In this document: piece by piece, positions 1 through 9,399 of the stretch
How the letters are laid out: each line of letters starts with the position of its first letter
Position numbering within the stretch: the stretch's first letter is position 1
DNA from: Promethearchaeia archaeon
GTDB taxonomy: Archaea; Asgardarchaeota; Lokiarchaeia; Sigyniarchaeales; SOKP01
Assembly (NCBI GenBank): GCA_029856155.1
Contig: JAHQWL010000055.1
Location: 99,872 to 163,871, forward strand
Reading direction: 5' to 3'
Length of the DNA: 64,000 nucleotides
The notes under the pieces: generated by a model
What the model was told of the DNA's origin: nothing
Database searches by the model: none
Seen by the model: only the letters and a program-made list of their open reading frames with translations
Position numbers and translations under genes: made by a program

Positions 1-390
1 TGTGTTATTACGTATTCCTACTATTTCTAATTCTTCAAACAACTTTCTTTCATCATTCATTCGCTTTTCTTGGCCCTTAAGGTCGTAGATGAAGGAGGAG
101 GCATGTGCTATTAATGCCCACTCAATAGCAACATGAAATCCAGGAAGTTCTAGGCATTCTTTCGATAATGATGCTCCTCCACTGACTTTTCTGTCGTGGA
201 TCATAAAGTGCCAACCTACTCTATCTCGTCCAGCTAAAAGACGTTTTGGTATATGTGTATATTCTTCACTGAATCCCCATTCAAATTTACTAAGATCTAA
301 CTTAGCTTGCTTGATGAGATTCACACCTGTTTTAGCAGCAAACTCACACCACTCTAAAGAACCGAACTCCCACTTTTCAAGTTCATTCAC
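1..390 (-). CDS. Hypothetical protein, runs off the window start (possibly SCP2-like fold)
   Basis: Not in ORF track. GTG at 390 preceded by GAGGAG; open frame of 130 codons to position 1 (MNELEKWEFGSLEWCEFAAKTG...). The N-terminal F-x-S-x-E-W resembles SCP2-like proteins. Confidence 0.7.
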   Translation of the reverse strand, partial: MNELEKWEFGSLEWCEFAAKTGVNLIKQAKLDLSKFEWGFSEEYTHIPKRLLAGRDRVGWHFMIHDRKVSGGASLSKECLELPGFHVAIEWALIAHASSFIYDLKGQEKRMNDERKLFEELEIVGIRNNT

Positions 391-565
391 ATTTTATCTC
401 CTCTTGATGGTTAAATCTTTTATTTGTTCTAATATTTCAGTATTGGTTTATTTAAAATAAAAATTTTAGGTTTCTATTGTAATAATACTAATATAATTCA
501 CAAATTTTTTCAAATATGATTAATAATCATTAATAACGGGATATTTTTAAAAATCGGTTCAAAAA

Positions 566-1432
566 ATGAAATTAAGGGATTATCATACACACAACAGACG
601 ATGTGGACATGCGTTAGGTGAAATTGAGGATTACATAAAAGCTGCGATTGATAAGGATCTTAAAGAAATAGGGATTTCAGATCATTTTCCATTAGGAGCG
701 GTAATTGATGACCCACAATTAGCAGAATTCATTAAAAAAGCGTCAATGGAAGTTGAGGAATTCCCTAGGTATATTAAAGAAATAAAAGGACTGAAAGAAA
801 AATATAAGGATAAAATAAGCATTCGAATATCCACAGAAGTTAATTTTTACACTCCTGGAAGAGCTTTATCTCGGCAAAAGGAGGTTCTTAAACCTTTTAT
901 GGATGATATGGATTATATAATTGGGGCGATACATGATATAAAATGGCATGAGTCTCCTGTAATCGTCATGTATCCCAATGAGGAAATTCTAAGAGAGTAT
1001 GGTGGAGACAAAATTATATTAGAATATTTTAACAAGTTGATAAAACTGGTAGATTCTAATTTTTTTGATGTAATTGCTCATTTTGATTTTTATCGTATTT
1101 TATTCCGTCCAAATAATCCCGAATATTCACAGTATTTATGGCAAAAGCTCTTGGATCTATTAGACAAGATTAAAAGTCGAGGATTGGCTATTGAGATTAA
1201 TACGTCGGGATTTCTTAAAAAACTTGGAAGTCAACATCCAGATGATGAAATTATTAAAGAAATAATTCAACGTAATATTCCTCTAGTGTTAGGTTCTGAT
1301 GCTCATAGACCAAAATATGTTGGATACATGTTTCAAGAAACTATAGAAAAGTTAAGAAAATTGGGTTTATCTCATTTATGTATATATGAAAAACGTGAGC
1401 AAAAATTAGAAAAAATTTTATATCTCTTTTAA
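566..1432 (+). CDS. PHP-family histidinol-phosphatase (HisJ family)
   Basis: DYHTH, SDH, AHFD, EINT and GSDAH PHP metal-binding motifs. Confidence 0.88.
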   Translation: MKLRDYHTHNRRCGHALGEIEDYIKAAIDKDLKEIGISDHFPLGAVIDDPQLAEFIKKASMEVEEFPRYIKEIKGLKEKYKDKISIRISTEVNFYTPGRALSRQKEVLKPFMDDMDYIIGAIHDIKWHESPVIVMYPNEEILREYGGDKIILEYFNKLIKLVDSNFFDVIAHFDFYRILFRPNNPEYSQYLWQKLLDLLDKIKSRGLAIEINTSGFLKKLGSQHPDDEIIKEIIQRNIPLVLGSDAHRPKYVGYMFQETIEKLRKLGLSHLCIYEKREQKLEKILYLF

Positions 1433-1612
1433 GAAAAGAAAATATTTTGATGTTATAAAATAATAGTCGTTACAACCGAATTCTCAATACAAAGTTTAAT
1501 TATCTTTAAGCAATTGAAAATGAATCATAAATTTAAAATTGAAATATATCTTTCAATTACATAAGTTAAATATACATATATAATTTAAAAAGTAAGTAAA
1601 AAAAAGGAGATT

Positions 1613-2530
1613 TTGTTGGAATTTGGAGCGCAAATATTAAATTATTTTAACACATGGGAAGAAATCCTTCCGACGATTAAGCATATAGATGCAGGACCGT
1701 GGAGTAGCCTGATGTTCTCAGATCATTTTCTACCACCCTATCCTGGAGCAAATCTGGAAGCTGAATCTGCTTTAGAGAGCTGGACCATGCTCACGGCGAC
1801 CGCTGCTGTTACAGAACGAGTGAGATTAGCGGTGCTTGTAACAGGCAATTTATTTCGTAATCCGGCATTACTTGCTAAAATGGCTTCCACTATAGACCAA
1901 ATCTCTAAAGGTCGGCTTATCCTAGCTATTGGTGCTGGTTGGTATGAACGAGAGCATGAGGCATTCGGTTGGAACTTTCCAGGAGTTAAGGAGAGGTGTG
2001 ATCGTCTTGAAGAGGCAGTAGAGCTGATAAAAATGCTGTTTACTGCTGATGGGCCAATAGATTACAATGGTCAGTATTATAAGCTTAATCAAGCATATTT
2101 TTCGCCTCCCTGTATACAGAAGCCACATATTCCAATCATGGTTGGAGGAAATGGAGAAAAAAGGACATTACGTACACTCGCTCGTTTCGGTGATATTGCT
2201 AATATTGATCTTAATAAACCTGGAACTCCAGAATTGTTTAGACATAAACTGGATGTGATTGAACGACATTGTGAAGAACTTGGTCGTGATCCATCTGAAA
2301 TTAAAAAAACTATGGTGACTCCATTACGAATTTTTGACGATGAAAAAGAAGCTGCCCAGTATCTTGAAAAACGTGGAAGAAAAACATGGTTATACGGTAC
2401 AGTTCCATATATAATTGAACGAGTTCAGCAATATATCGATGCTGGTGCCGAGGAGATCATATTTAGTGGTCTATCCACCGTTGAATGGGCTGAGCAAGTA
2501 GAAGACAAGATTTTTCCAGCGTTTAGCTGA
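1613..2530 (+). CDS. Luciferase-like (LLM) flavin/F420-dependent oxidoreductase
   Basis: FSDHF, RNPALLAKMASTIDQISKGRLILAIGAGW, PCIQKPHIPIMVGG; TTG start after AGGAGA. Confidence 0.9.
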   Translation: MLEFGAQILNYFNTWEEILPTIKHIDAGPWSSLMFSDHFLPPYPGANLEAESALESWTMLTATAAVTERVRLAVLVTGNLFRNPALLAKMASTIDQISKGRLILAIGAGWYEREHEAFGWNFPGVKERCDRLEEAVELIKMLFTADGPIDYNGQYYKLNQAYFSPPCIQKPHIPIMVGGNGEKRTLRTLARFGDIANIDLNKPGTPELFRHKLDVIERHCEELGRDPSEIKKTMVTPLRIFDDEKEAAQYLEKRGRKTWLYGTVPYIIERVQQYIDAGAEEIIFSGLSTVEWAEQVEDKIFPAFS

Positions 2531-2598
2531 GATTTTTTTATTTTTAAAAATAAGTTCCGTGTAGTATCTTCAAATGACCAGAAAACAAATATTGAGAA

Positions 2599-3504
2599 AT
2601 GAAAGGATTAATTTATGACATTCAAAGGTTTGCCATTCATGATGGTCCAGGAATTAGGACCTTAATTTACATGAAAGGATGCCCCCTTAGATGTTTATGG
2701 TGTTCTTCACCTCACACGCAAAAAAAGTCTCCAGAAATTCTCTATCTTGAGTCAAATTGTAAAGGATGCTTGAGCTGTGTTGAGGCGTGTCCAGAAAAAG
2801 CCATTAAACTTTCTGATAATGAGAAAATAACGATAGATAGAAACATTTGTAATACCTGTGGTCAGTGTGTTGAAACATGCCCTAACGACGCTTTAAGACT
2901 TGTAGGAAAACAAATAACGGTAGAAGAACTATTCCAAGATGTAATGAAGGACAATCCCTTTTACAGAAGGTCAAAAGGAGGGGTCACGGTAGGGGGCGGT
3001 GAACCTACTATGCAACATGAATTTGTCGCGAATTTTCTTAAGAAATGTAAGGAAACGTATATTCACGCAGCAATCGAAACCTGCGGATATGCAAAATGGG
3101 AAAGTTTGGAAAATATCCTCGATTATGTAGATCTCCTCTATTTTGACATTAAGCACATGGATTCAAACATCCACAAAAAAATTACGGGGATTTCAAACGA
3201 AATAATCTTAGAGAATGCAAGAAAAGCTTCTAAATTGAAACCACTTATAATCCGCATTCCTCTAATACCGGATATTAACGATTCTGAAGAAAATATTTTA
3301 AAAACGGCAGGGTTCGCTGCCGAATTAGGAGAAAATCTACTGTGGATTGAACTTCTACCTTACCACAAGTTTGGAATTGTTACTTATGAGCAACTTGGTC
3401 GAGAGTATGAACTCAAGGATGTTGAACCTCCGAGCGAAGAACACATGAAAAAATTAAAGGCGCTCGTTGAGTCCTGTGGTGTAAAGGCTCAAATAGGTGG
3501 ATAA
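2599..3504 (+). CDS. Glycyl-radical enzyme activating enzyme (radical SAM with ferredoxin insert)
   Basis: IQRFAIHDGPGIRT, KGCPLRCLWC, two CxxCxxCxxxCP motifs, GGGEP. Confidence 0.95.
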   Translation: MKGLIYDIQRFAIHDGPGIRTLIYMKGCPLRCLWCSSPHTQKKSPEILYLESNCKGCLSCVEACPEKAIKLSDNEKITIDRNICNTCGQCVETCPNDALRLVGKQITVEELFQDVMKDNPFYRRSKGGVTVGGGEPTMQHEFVANFLKKCKETYIHAAIETCGYAKWESLENILDYVDLLYFDIKHMDSNIHKKITGISNEIILENARKASKLKPLIIRIPLIPDINDSEENILKTAGFAAELGENLLWIELLPYHKFGIVTYEQLGREYELKDVEPPSEEHMKKLKALVESCGVKAQIGG

Positions 3505-3523
3505 TACCTCTTAAAAAATCCAT

Positions 3524-5611
3524 CTACATTTTTTCGACTCGACATAAAAGAGCTTTTGTTGATACTGAAGCTGTTATTGAATCCTTTGGGCCATCGTCTG
3601 TAATTTGATTAATGTTTAACTTTTCCCACCCATCTTCTCTTCCATACCAGAACCCGTGAGGTGTGTGAACAATTTTTGGATGTGTCTCCTCGAAGTACTT
3701 AACTTTAACCTCAACTTTACCTCTTGGTGAAACCAAATGAACCCACTCTCCGTCTTCAATTCCTAGACTTTTACATGTATCAGGATGTATTTCAAGTTCA
3801 GGATCCGGTGCGTTTTTCCTAAGAGATGGAATATTTCGAAATGAGGAATGATAATAGGACAAGATTCTCCTCCCTGTGGTTAATACAAGAGGGTATTTCT
3901 TCCATAGATCAGGGGTGCTAACAGGGCTTTCTGGTGGTTCCTTATACGCAGGAATAGGATTTAAACCCCATTCTTCAAAATACTTTGGACACAATCCAAT
4001 TTTACCCGATGGTGTATTAAACCTACCCCTTTTTTCATACAATTTGTATTTCATGGGAAGAGAAAATTTGCCGACTTTTTTAAATTCCTCAAATGTCATC
4101 CCAATAGGTTCTAAGCGATAATTGAGAGATTCTTCAACTGTCTGCCAATAGTCTTTGAGACCCATTTTTTTAGCGAGTTCAACTAAGATTTCTTTTTCGC
4201 AACGACACTCTGGAACGGGTTCTACAGCTTTCACTTGACAGAAAACATGGTTTTTCATGCTCAAATCTTCAATATCATCCCTTTCTGTCCAATGCGCTGC
4301 TGGAAGCACGACATCCGCCATTTGTGTGGTAGGTGTGTGGAAGTAATCCACGGAAAATAGAAATTCTAAAGCATTTAAAGCTTCCTTGACATGTTTAGAG
4401 TTAGCATATGCACACATGGGATTAGTAGCAAACAATCCAATGGTTTTAACAGGATACGGGTCTTCCTTAAGAATAGCATCCCATACTAATTCAGGAGTTA
4501 CTGACATTCCTGTGAAGCGTATCCCTGGAAATTTATCACGACCTATTTTTTTCTTTGCTTGTTCAGCTGATAACGCGATTTCATATTGATAGTCGCCCCC
4601 ATAACAACTCCGCGCTTTTGTTGGAGGTACATGACTTACATTTCCTCCTTTAATGTCTAAATTTCCGGTAATCGCGGCTAAAATGGTGAGTGAGCGTGTG
4701 AGATCGAAAACATTAATTGATTGGCAGGCACCACCAGGACCAGGACCCATCGCAGCAGGCTTAGTTGTAGCATAGGTGATCGCTGCCGCTTCTATCTCTT
4801 CAGATGGAATCCATGTTAATTCAGCAACACGGTCCAAATTGAATTCTGAGGCACGTTCCTTTAACTGGTCAAAACCTTCGGTCCATTTTTCTACGAATTC
4901 TTTATCGTATAGTTCATTTTCAATGATTACGTTTATGAAACAAAGAGCCAATGCTACATCAGTTCCAGGTCTAATGGCAAGCCAGTGATCTGCTTTGCGT
5001 GTATATGAATTACCTCTAGGATCAACAACAATGAGTTTAGCTCCTGCTTTTAAACCTTTTCTAATGAAATAATTATAAATTCCGGGGTATGATTTTTCAG
5101 GATTATGTGCCCACAACAATATGCATTTACTATTCCCATAGTCAGGATCGAGTATTCCAAATCCAGCGGTGAGAGAGCTTGCGAGGACAATAGGAGCACC
5201 GCTCATGTGACCAGCTGACATGAAATTAGGTGTCCCAAATAGACTCATAAAGCGGTAAATCCAAGGTGGCATGCCTCTTGTCGTGCCTTGACCAAATACG
5301 ACGGATTCAGCCCCCCATTTTTCTCGCGTTTCAAGGAGTTTTTTAGCTATAGTGTCAAGAGCTTTTTCCCAAGATACTTCCTCAAACTTTCCTTCTCCTC
5401 GTTTCCCAACTCTTATCAATGGTTTGGTCAGTCGTTCAGGATGATATATTATCTCCATACATGCCCTCCCTTTTGGGCACATATATCCATGGCTTATGGG
5501 ATGGTCCTTGTCTCCTTTTACTCCCACTATTTTTCCATCTTTTACTTCGAGAAGCACACCACAACGGGAGTGACAGTCAAAACAGATCGTTCGAACAGTT
5601 TTAGTACTCAT
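3524..5611 (-). CDS. Mo/W-bisPGD oxidoreductase, acetylene-hydratase-like branch
   Basis: CFDCHSRC...CPKG Fe-S motif, RLTKPLIRVGKRGEGKF, ADVVLPA, C-terminal MGD domain (HSSFRNIPSLR..PDPELEIHP); no Tat leader. Confidence 0.9.
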   Translation of the reverse strand: MSTKTVRTICFDCHSRCGVLLEVKDGKIVGVKGDKDHPISHGYMCPKGRACMEIIYHPERLTKPLIRVGKRGEGKFEEVSWEKALDTIAKKLLETREKWGAESVVFGQGTTRGMPPWIYRFMSLFGTPNFMSAGHMSGAPIVLASSLTAGFGILDPDYGNSKCILLWAHNPEKSYPGIYNYFIRKGLKAGAKLIVVDPRGNSYTRKADHWLAIRPGTDVALALCFINVIIENELYDKEFVEKWTEGFDQLKERASEFNLDRVAELTWIPSEEIEAAAITYATTKPAAMGPGPGGACQSINVFDLTRSLTILAAITGNLDIKGGNVSHVPPTKARSCYGGDYQYEIALSAEQAKKKIGRDKFPGIRFTGMSVTPELVWDAILKEDPYPVKTIGLFATNPMCAYANSKHVKEALNALEFLFSVDYFHTPTTQMADVVLPAAHWTERDDIEDLSMKNHVFCQVKAVEPVPECRCEKEILVELAKKMGLKDYWQTVEESLNYRLEPIGMTFEEFKKVGKFSLPMKYKLYEKRGRFNTPSGKIGLCPKYFEEWGLNPIPAYKEPPESPVSTPDLWKKYPLVLTTGRRILSYYHSSFRNIPSLRKNAPDPELEIHPDTCKSLGIEDGEWVHLVSPRGKVEVKVKYFEETHPKIVHTPHGFWYGREDGWEKLNINQITDDGPKDSITASVSTKALLCRVEKM

Positions 5612-5860
5612 ACCCTACTCAATTTTAGCAATTTTAACAATTTTAGTATTTATGAATATTTCTTTATTTATAATCTTTCAAATCAGAGATTGAAAATGTT
5701 AATATCTAATCTTTTCGCTTTCCCATAAAGATATTATAATAAAAAATATTAAAATCGGAATAAAATATACAGCATATATTTAAAAATTTCTAATCCCTAA
5801 TATAAACAGTAGTTAATTTTTTCATCCTTTTAAAATAATTTAGAAGAGAAGTTTCGAAAA

Positions 5861-8335
5861 ATGGTGCAGATTATAGAGAAAGCAGATAAATCGAAACCCG
5901 AATCTTTATTGGAAAGAGTATTAACTGTACAGCCAACTGAGAGAGTGGAGAGGCATAGGCAACGCTATATAGACCGTAAACTTGTATACTCGATTGATAG
6001 AGATCGTATTGAAGTGAGGGTTATGAAGGAAACAGAAGGTGAGCCGATGATAACTCGCAAAGCGAAGCTCTTTCAAACCATAGTTAGAGAGTTACCCATC
6101 GACATCTTTCCAGATGAGCTTTTAGTCGGTTGGTATGATCCTATACCAAACAACTGCCCTCTTCCTGTAAGAAGTGACCCTAATCTAGAAAATTATCTCG
6201 ATGTTATTAGTAGTCGAGAACGCAATCCAATTTTAATTACCCCAGAACAGATGAGAGAATTAAAAGAGGAAATTATTCCCTACTGGAAGGGGCAAGGCAA
6301 TTGGGAAAGAACACGCCATGATCCTGCTCATTACAAGCCAGTTCCTAAGGGATTTACTTTTGAAAGGTGGTATAATGAGAGTAGAACGATGGCATATTGG
6401 CATATTGGTCACTTCATTCCCAATAATGAAAAAGTATTGAAAAAGGGATTTTTGGGAATAAAGAAGGATGCTGAGGAAAGGTTGGGAAGGATCGATCGGA
6501 CCAATCCTGAAGAGGTCAAAAAAATACCCTTCCTTGAAGGTGTGATTATGGTTATGGAAGCCGCAGCTTCCATCGGTAAGCGTTTTGCTACCAGGGCAAG
6601 AGAATTAGCCGAAAAGGAAGTAGATTCTAAAAGGAAGGCTGAATTACTCAAAATAGCTGAAGTGTGCGATTGGGTACCCGCAAATCCCGCGAGAACATTC
6701 TACGAAGCGATACAATCAATCTGGTTTTCACATATCCTTCATTGGTGGGAAATCCGTGATGTGGCATCCATTAGTCCTGGAAGAATGGATCAGTATCTGT
6801 ATCCTTACTATGAAGCCGATATAAGAGAGGGGAGAATTACCAAAAATGAAGCACAGGAACTTATTGATTGCTTCCTTCTAAGACCTTCATGGTTTCTTTA
6901 TAGTTTAAACACCCCAAAAGGTTATCTTCTAACGGATACTGCCGGAATTGCACAGCATGTTGATGTAGGTGGTCTCAGATCAGATGGAACCGATGCTACT
7001 ACTGAACTTTCATACATGATTCTTGAGGGTATGATGCATACCAGATTAGTAGAACCTGATGTAGGAATCTTGCTTCACAGTAGAACACCTGAAGATCTCC
7101 TCATTAAGGCCTGTCAGCTTTGTGCACTTGGAACAGGTCATCCTGAATTTCTCAATCATGATAACTTTATTGTTAATCTCCTTGGCCGAGCGACATACGG
7201 TGGAGATTCACCAATAACACTGGAGATTGCCAGAAAGGCTAGTGCAATGGGCTGCGCTGAGCCATCTTTAGCTGGTATGGATTCTGGGTATTGTACCTCA
7301 GTTTATATCCCATTACTTCCAGGAGTCTTAATATCGGTGTTGACAAATGGAAGGAGGGGCTGGCTCGAAGGAATTACAGCTCCTAAAACCGGAGATCCTA
7401 ACAACTTCAAAAGCTTTGAAGAATTACGGGAAGCATTTAGAAAACAACTCGTCTGGGGATTTGATATGGAGACAATTGCCACCAATATTGGCGAGAGACT
7501 TATGGCCGAATACGACCCAACTATATATCAATCAGCACTCATAGAGGACTGCATTGAAAAAGGGTTATGCAGGGAAGAAGGTGGAGCTAGGTTTAATTTT
7601 GGGCCATTCGTATCATGTGTTGGTGTTACCGATGTCGGAGATTCCTTGGCCGCTATTAAAAAACTTGTGTTTGAAGAAAAAAAGATTACTATAGACCAGT
7701 TGGTCGATGCATTGGATAAGAATTTTGAAGGTTACGAAGACTTGCGCCAAATGTTGTTAAAAGTACCTAAATTTGGAAATGACAACGACTATGCCGATGA
7801 ACAAACAGCGTGGGTAATGCGCACTTTCGCTCAAGAAGCGATAAAACAAAAAAATACGCGTGGTGGTCGAAAAATACCGGTTCACATACCTTTAAGTAGC
7901 TATGTCAGAGCTGGTGCGGCTGTAGGAGCACTCCCTTCTGGAAGACTAGCCGAAGAACCGCTAGCAGATTCACTCGCGCCCACGAAAGGTAGCGATGTTA
8001 GTGGTCCTACTGCGGTTTTCAAGTCAGTAGGTAAGATCAACCATGCCGAGGTTTTCGCAGGAATTTCCTGCAATATGAGGCTAGATCCAGTGATGTTCAA
8101 GGAAGATTATGGCTTCAAAAGGTTTGCAGATCTAATGAGAGTTTTTGTCGACCAGAAAATACATCATATCCAGTTTAATGTAATTTCATCAGATACATTA
8201 AAGGCAGCCCAAAAAGAACCCGATAAATACAGGGATTTAATGGTGAGAGTAGCTGGGTATGTAGCTCGATTTGTTGAGCTGCCTGAGTCGGTACAAGATA
8301 GTATTATCGATCGAACGGTACATGGTTCATATTAA
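5861..8335 (+). CDS. Glycyl-radical enzyme (PFL2/eliminase class), substrate unknown
   Basis: C-terminal RVAGY glycyl motif, Cys loop GCAEP, SPGRMDQYLYPYY, KFGNDND. Confidence 0.95.
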   Translation: MVQIIEKADKSKPESLLERVLTVQPTERVERHRQRYIDRKLVYSIDRDRIEVRVMKETEGEPMITRKAKLFQTIVRELPIDIFPDELLVGWYDPIPNNCPLPVRSDPNLENYLDVISSRERNPILITPEQMRELKEEIIPYWKGQGNWERTRHDPAHYKPVPKGFTFERWYNESRTMAYWHIGHFIPNNEKVLKKGFLGIKKDAEERLGRIDRTNPEEVKKIPFLEGVIMVMEAAASIGKRFATRARELAEKEVDSKRKAELLKIAEVCDWVPANPARTFYEAIQSIWFSHILHWWEIRDVASISPGRMDQYLYPYYEADIREGRITKNEAQELIDCFLLRPSWFLYSLNTPKGYLLTDTAGIAQHVDVGGLRSDGTDATTELSYMILEGMMHTRLVEPDVGILLHSRTPEDLLIKACQLCALGTGHPEFLNHDNFIVNLLGRATYGGDSPITLEIARKASAMGCAEPSLAGMDSGYCTSVYIPLLPGVLISVLTNGRRGWLEGITAPKTGDPNNFKSFEELREAFRKQLVWGFDMETIATNIGERLMAEYDPTIYQSALIEDCIEKGLCREEGGARFNFGPFVSCVGVTDVGDSLAAIKKLVFEEKKITIDQLVDALDKNFEGYEDLRQMLLKVPKFGNDNDYADEQTAWVMRTFAQEAIKQKNTRGGRKIPVHIPLSSYVRAGAAVGALPSGRLAEEPLADSLAPTKGSDVSGPTAVFKSVGKINHAEVFAGISCNMRLDPVMFKEDYGFKRFADLMRVFVDQKIHHIQFNVISSDTLKAAQKEPDKYRDLMVRVAGYVARFVELPESVQDSIIDRTVHGSY

Positions 8336-8373
8336 TAATTGTTAATTTTAAAAATTTATTTCTTTTTTTAACT

Positions 8374-9285
8374 TTAGATAAATTCTGAGAGGATCTCATT
8401 ATTTAAACGCTTATATAGTTCCGCTTTGGATGGGACGCTCCCAAAAATGAGCTCTTCAACACCAACATCCAAATATTCTTGGATGCGATTGATAATAAAA
8501 GAGGTAGAGCCAGTTAACGTCCAATCTCCTCGTATTTTGCGATATCTTATTGCTTTTTTCTCGTCATTTTCTAGATGAATGGGCATATGTAAAGTCTTCT
8601 TTATTTCCTTTGGATCACGCCCAAATTCTTCACAGTGGCGCTCTAAGACTTCAATTTTACGTTTAAACATTTCGGGGGATCCTGGTGCGTTAAAATCAAG
8701 ATTACAAATATCTCCAAACCTTGCCAATGTTCTTAATGTTCGTTTTTCTCCGTTTCCTCCTATTAAAATCGGCATATGTGGTTTCTGCGTACAAGGCGGT
8801 GAAAAGTAAGCGTTTTTCAGCGTGTAATACTGTCCATTGTAACTAACTGGTCCTTCTGTTGTAAAGAGTAACTTGATCAGCTCTACTGCCTCTTCGAGAC
8901 GATCGCTTCGTTCTTTAGCACTTGGAAATTCCCAACCGAAGGCTTCATATTCTCGCTTATACCAACCGGCGCCAATTCCAAGGATAAACCGACCACCTGA
9001 AATTTGGTCCACGGTTGCCGCCATCTTTGCTAATAAGGCAGGATTGCGGTATGTATTGCCTGATACAAGAACACCTAATCGTAAGCGCTCTGTAACTGTA
9101 GCAGCTGCAGTTATAAGCGACCACCCCTCTAAAGCATCTTTATGCTCTACATTATCTCCAATTGGTGGAAAAAAATGGTCCGAGACCCAAAGACTGGACC
9201 ACGGTCCTGACTCTACAGTTTTAATTGTGGAAAGAATACTTTCCCATGAGGTCAAATAATTATTTATCTGGGCACCAAATTGCAT
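8374..9285 (-). CDS. Luciferase-like (LLM) flavin/F420-dependent oxidoreductase, paralog of 1613..2530
   Basis: WVSDHF, YRNPALLAKMAATVDQISGGRFILGIGAGW; collinear with the first LLM. Confidence 0.9.
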   Translation of the reverse strand: MQFGAQINNYLTSWESILSTIKTVESGPWSSLWVSDHFFPPIGDNVEHKDALEGWSLITAAATVTERLRLGVLVSGNTYRNPALLAKMAATVDQISGGRFILGIGAGWYKREYEAFGWEFPSAKERSDRLEEAVELIKLLFTTEGPVSYNGQYYTLKNAYFSPPCTQKPHMPILIGGNGEKRTLRTLARFGDICNLDFNAPGSPEMFKRKIEVLERHCEEFGRDPKEIKKTLHMPIHLENDEKKAIRYRKIRGDWTLTGSTSFIINRIQEYLDVGVEELIFGSVPSKAELYKRLNNEILSEFI

Positions 9286-9399
9286 TGATAATCCTCTTCT
9301 ATTACATAAAAGTTAATTCTTAAATTAGATTTTTTAAATAATAATAGTTTTTTTAAAATTTAATAGTTGTTTTATTGCTTTCAAGATTTATAATATTCA

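Noticed and set aside
5861-8335. GRE as pyruvate formate-lyase or alkyl/benzylsuccinate synthase
   Set aside because: No adjacent CC pair as in PFL; it has a C-x-E loop and no small BSS/ASS subunit genes nearby
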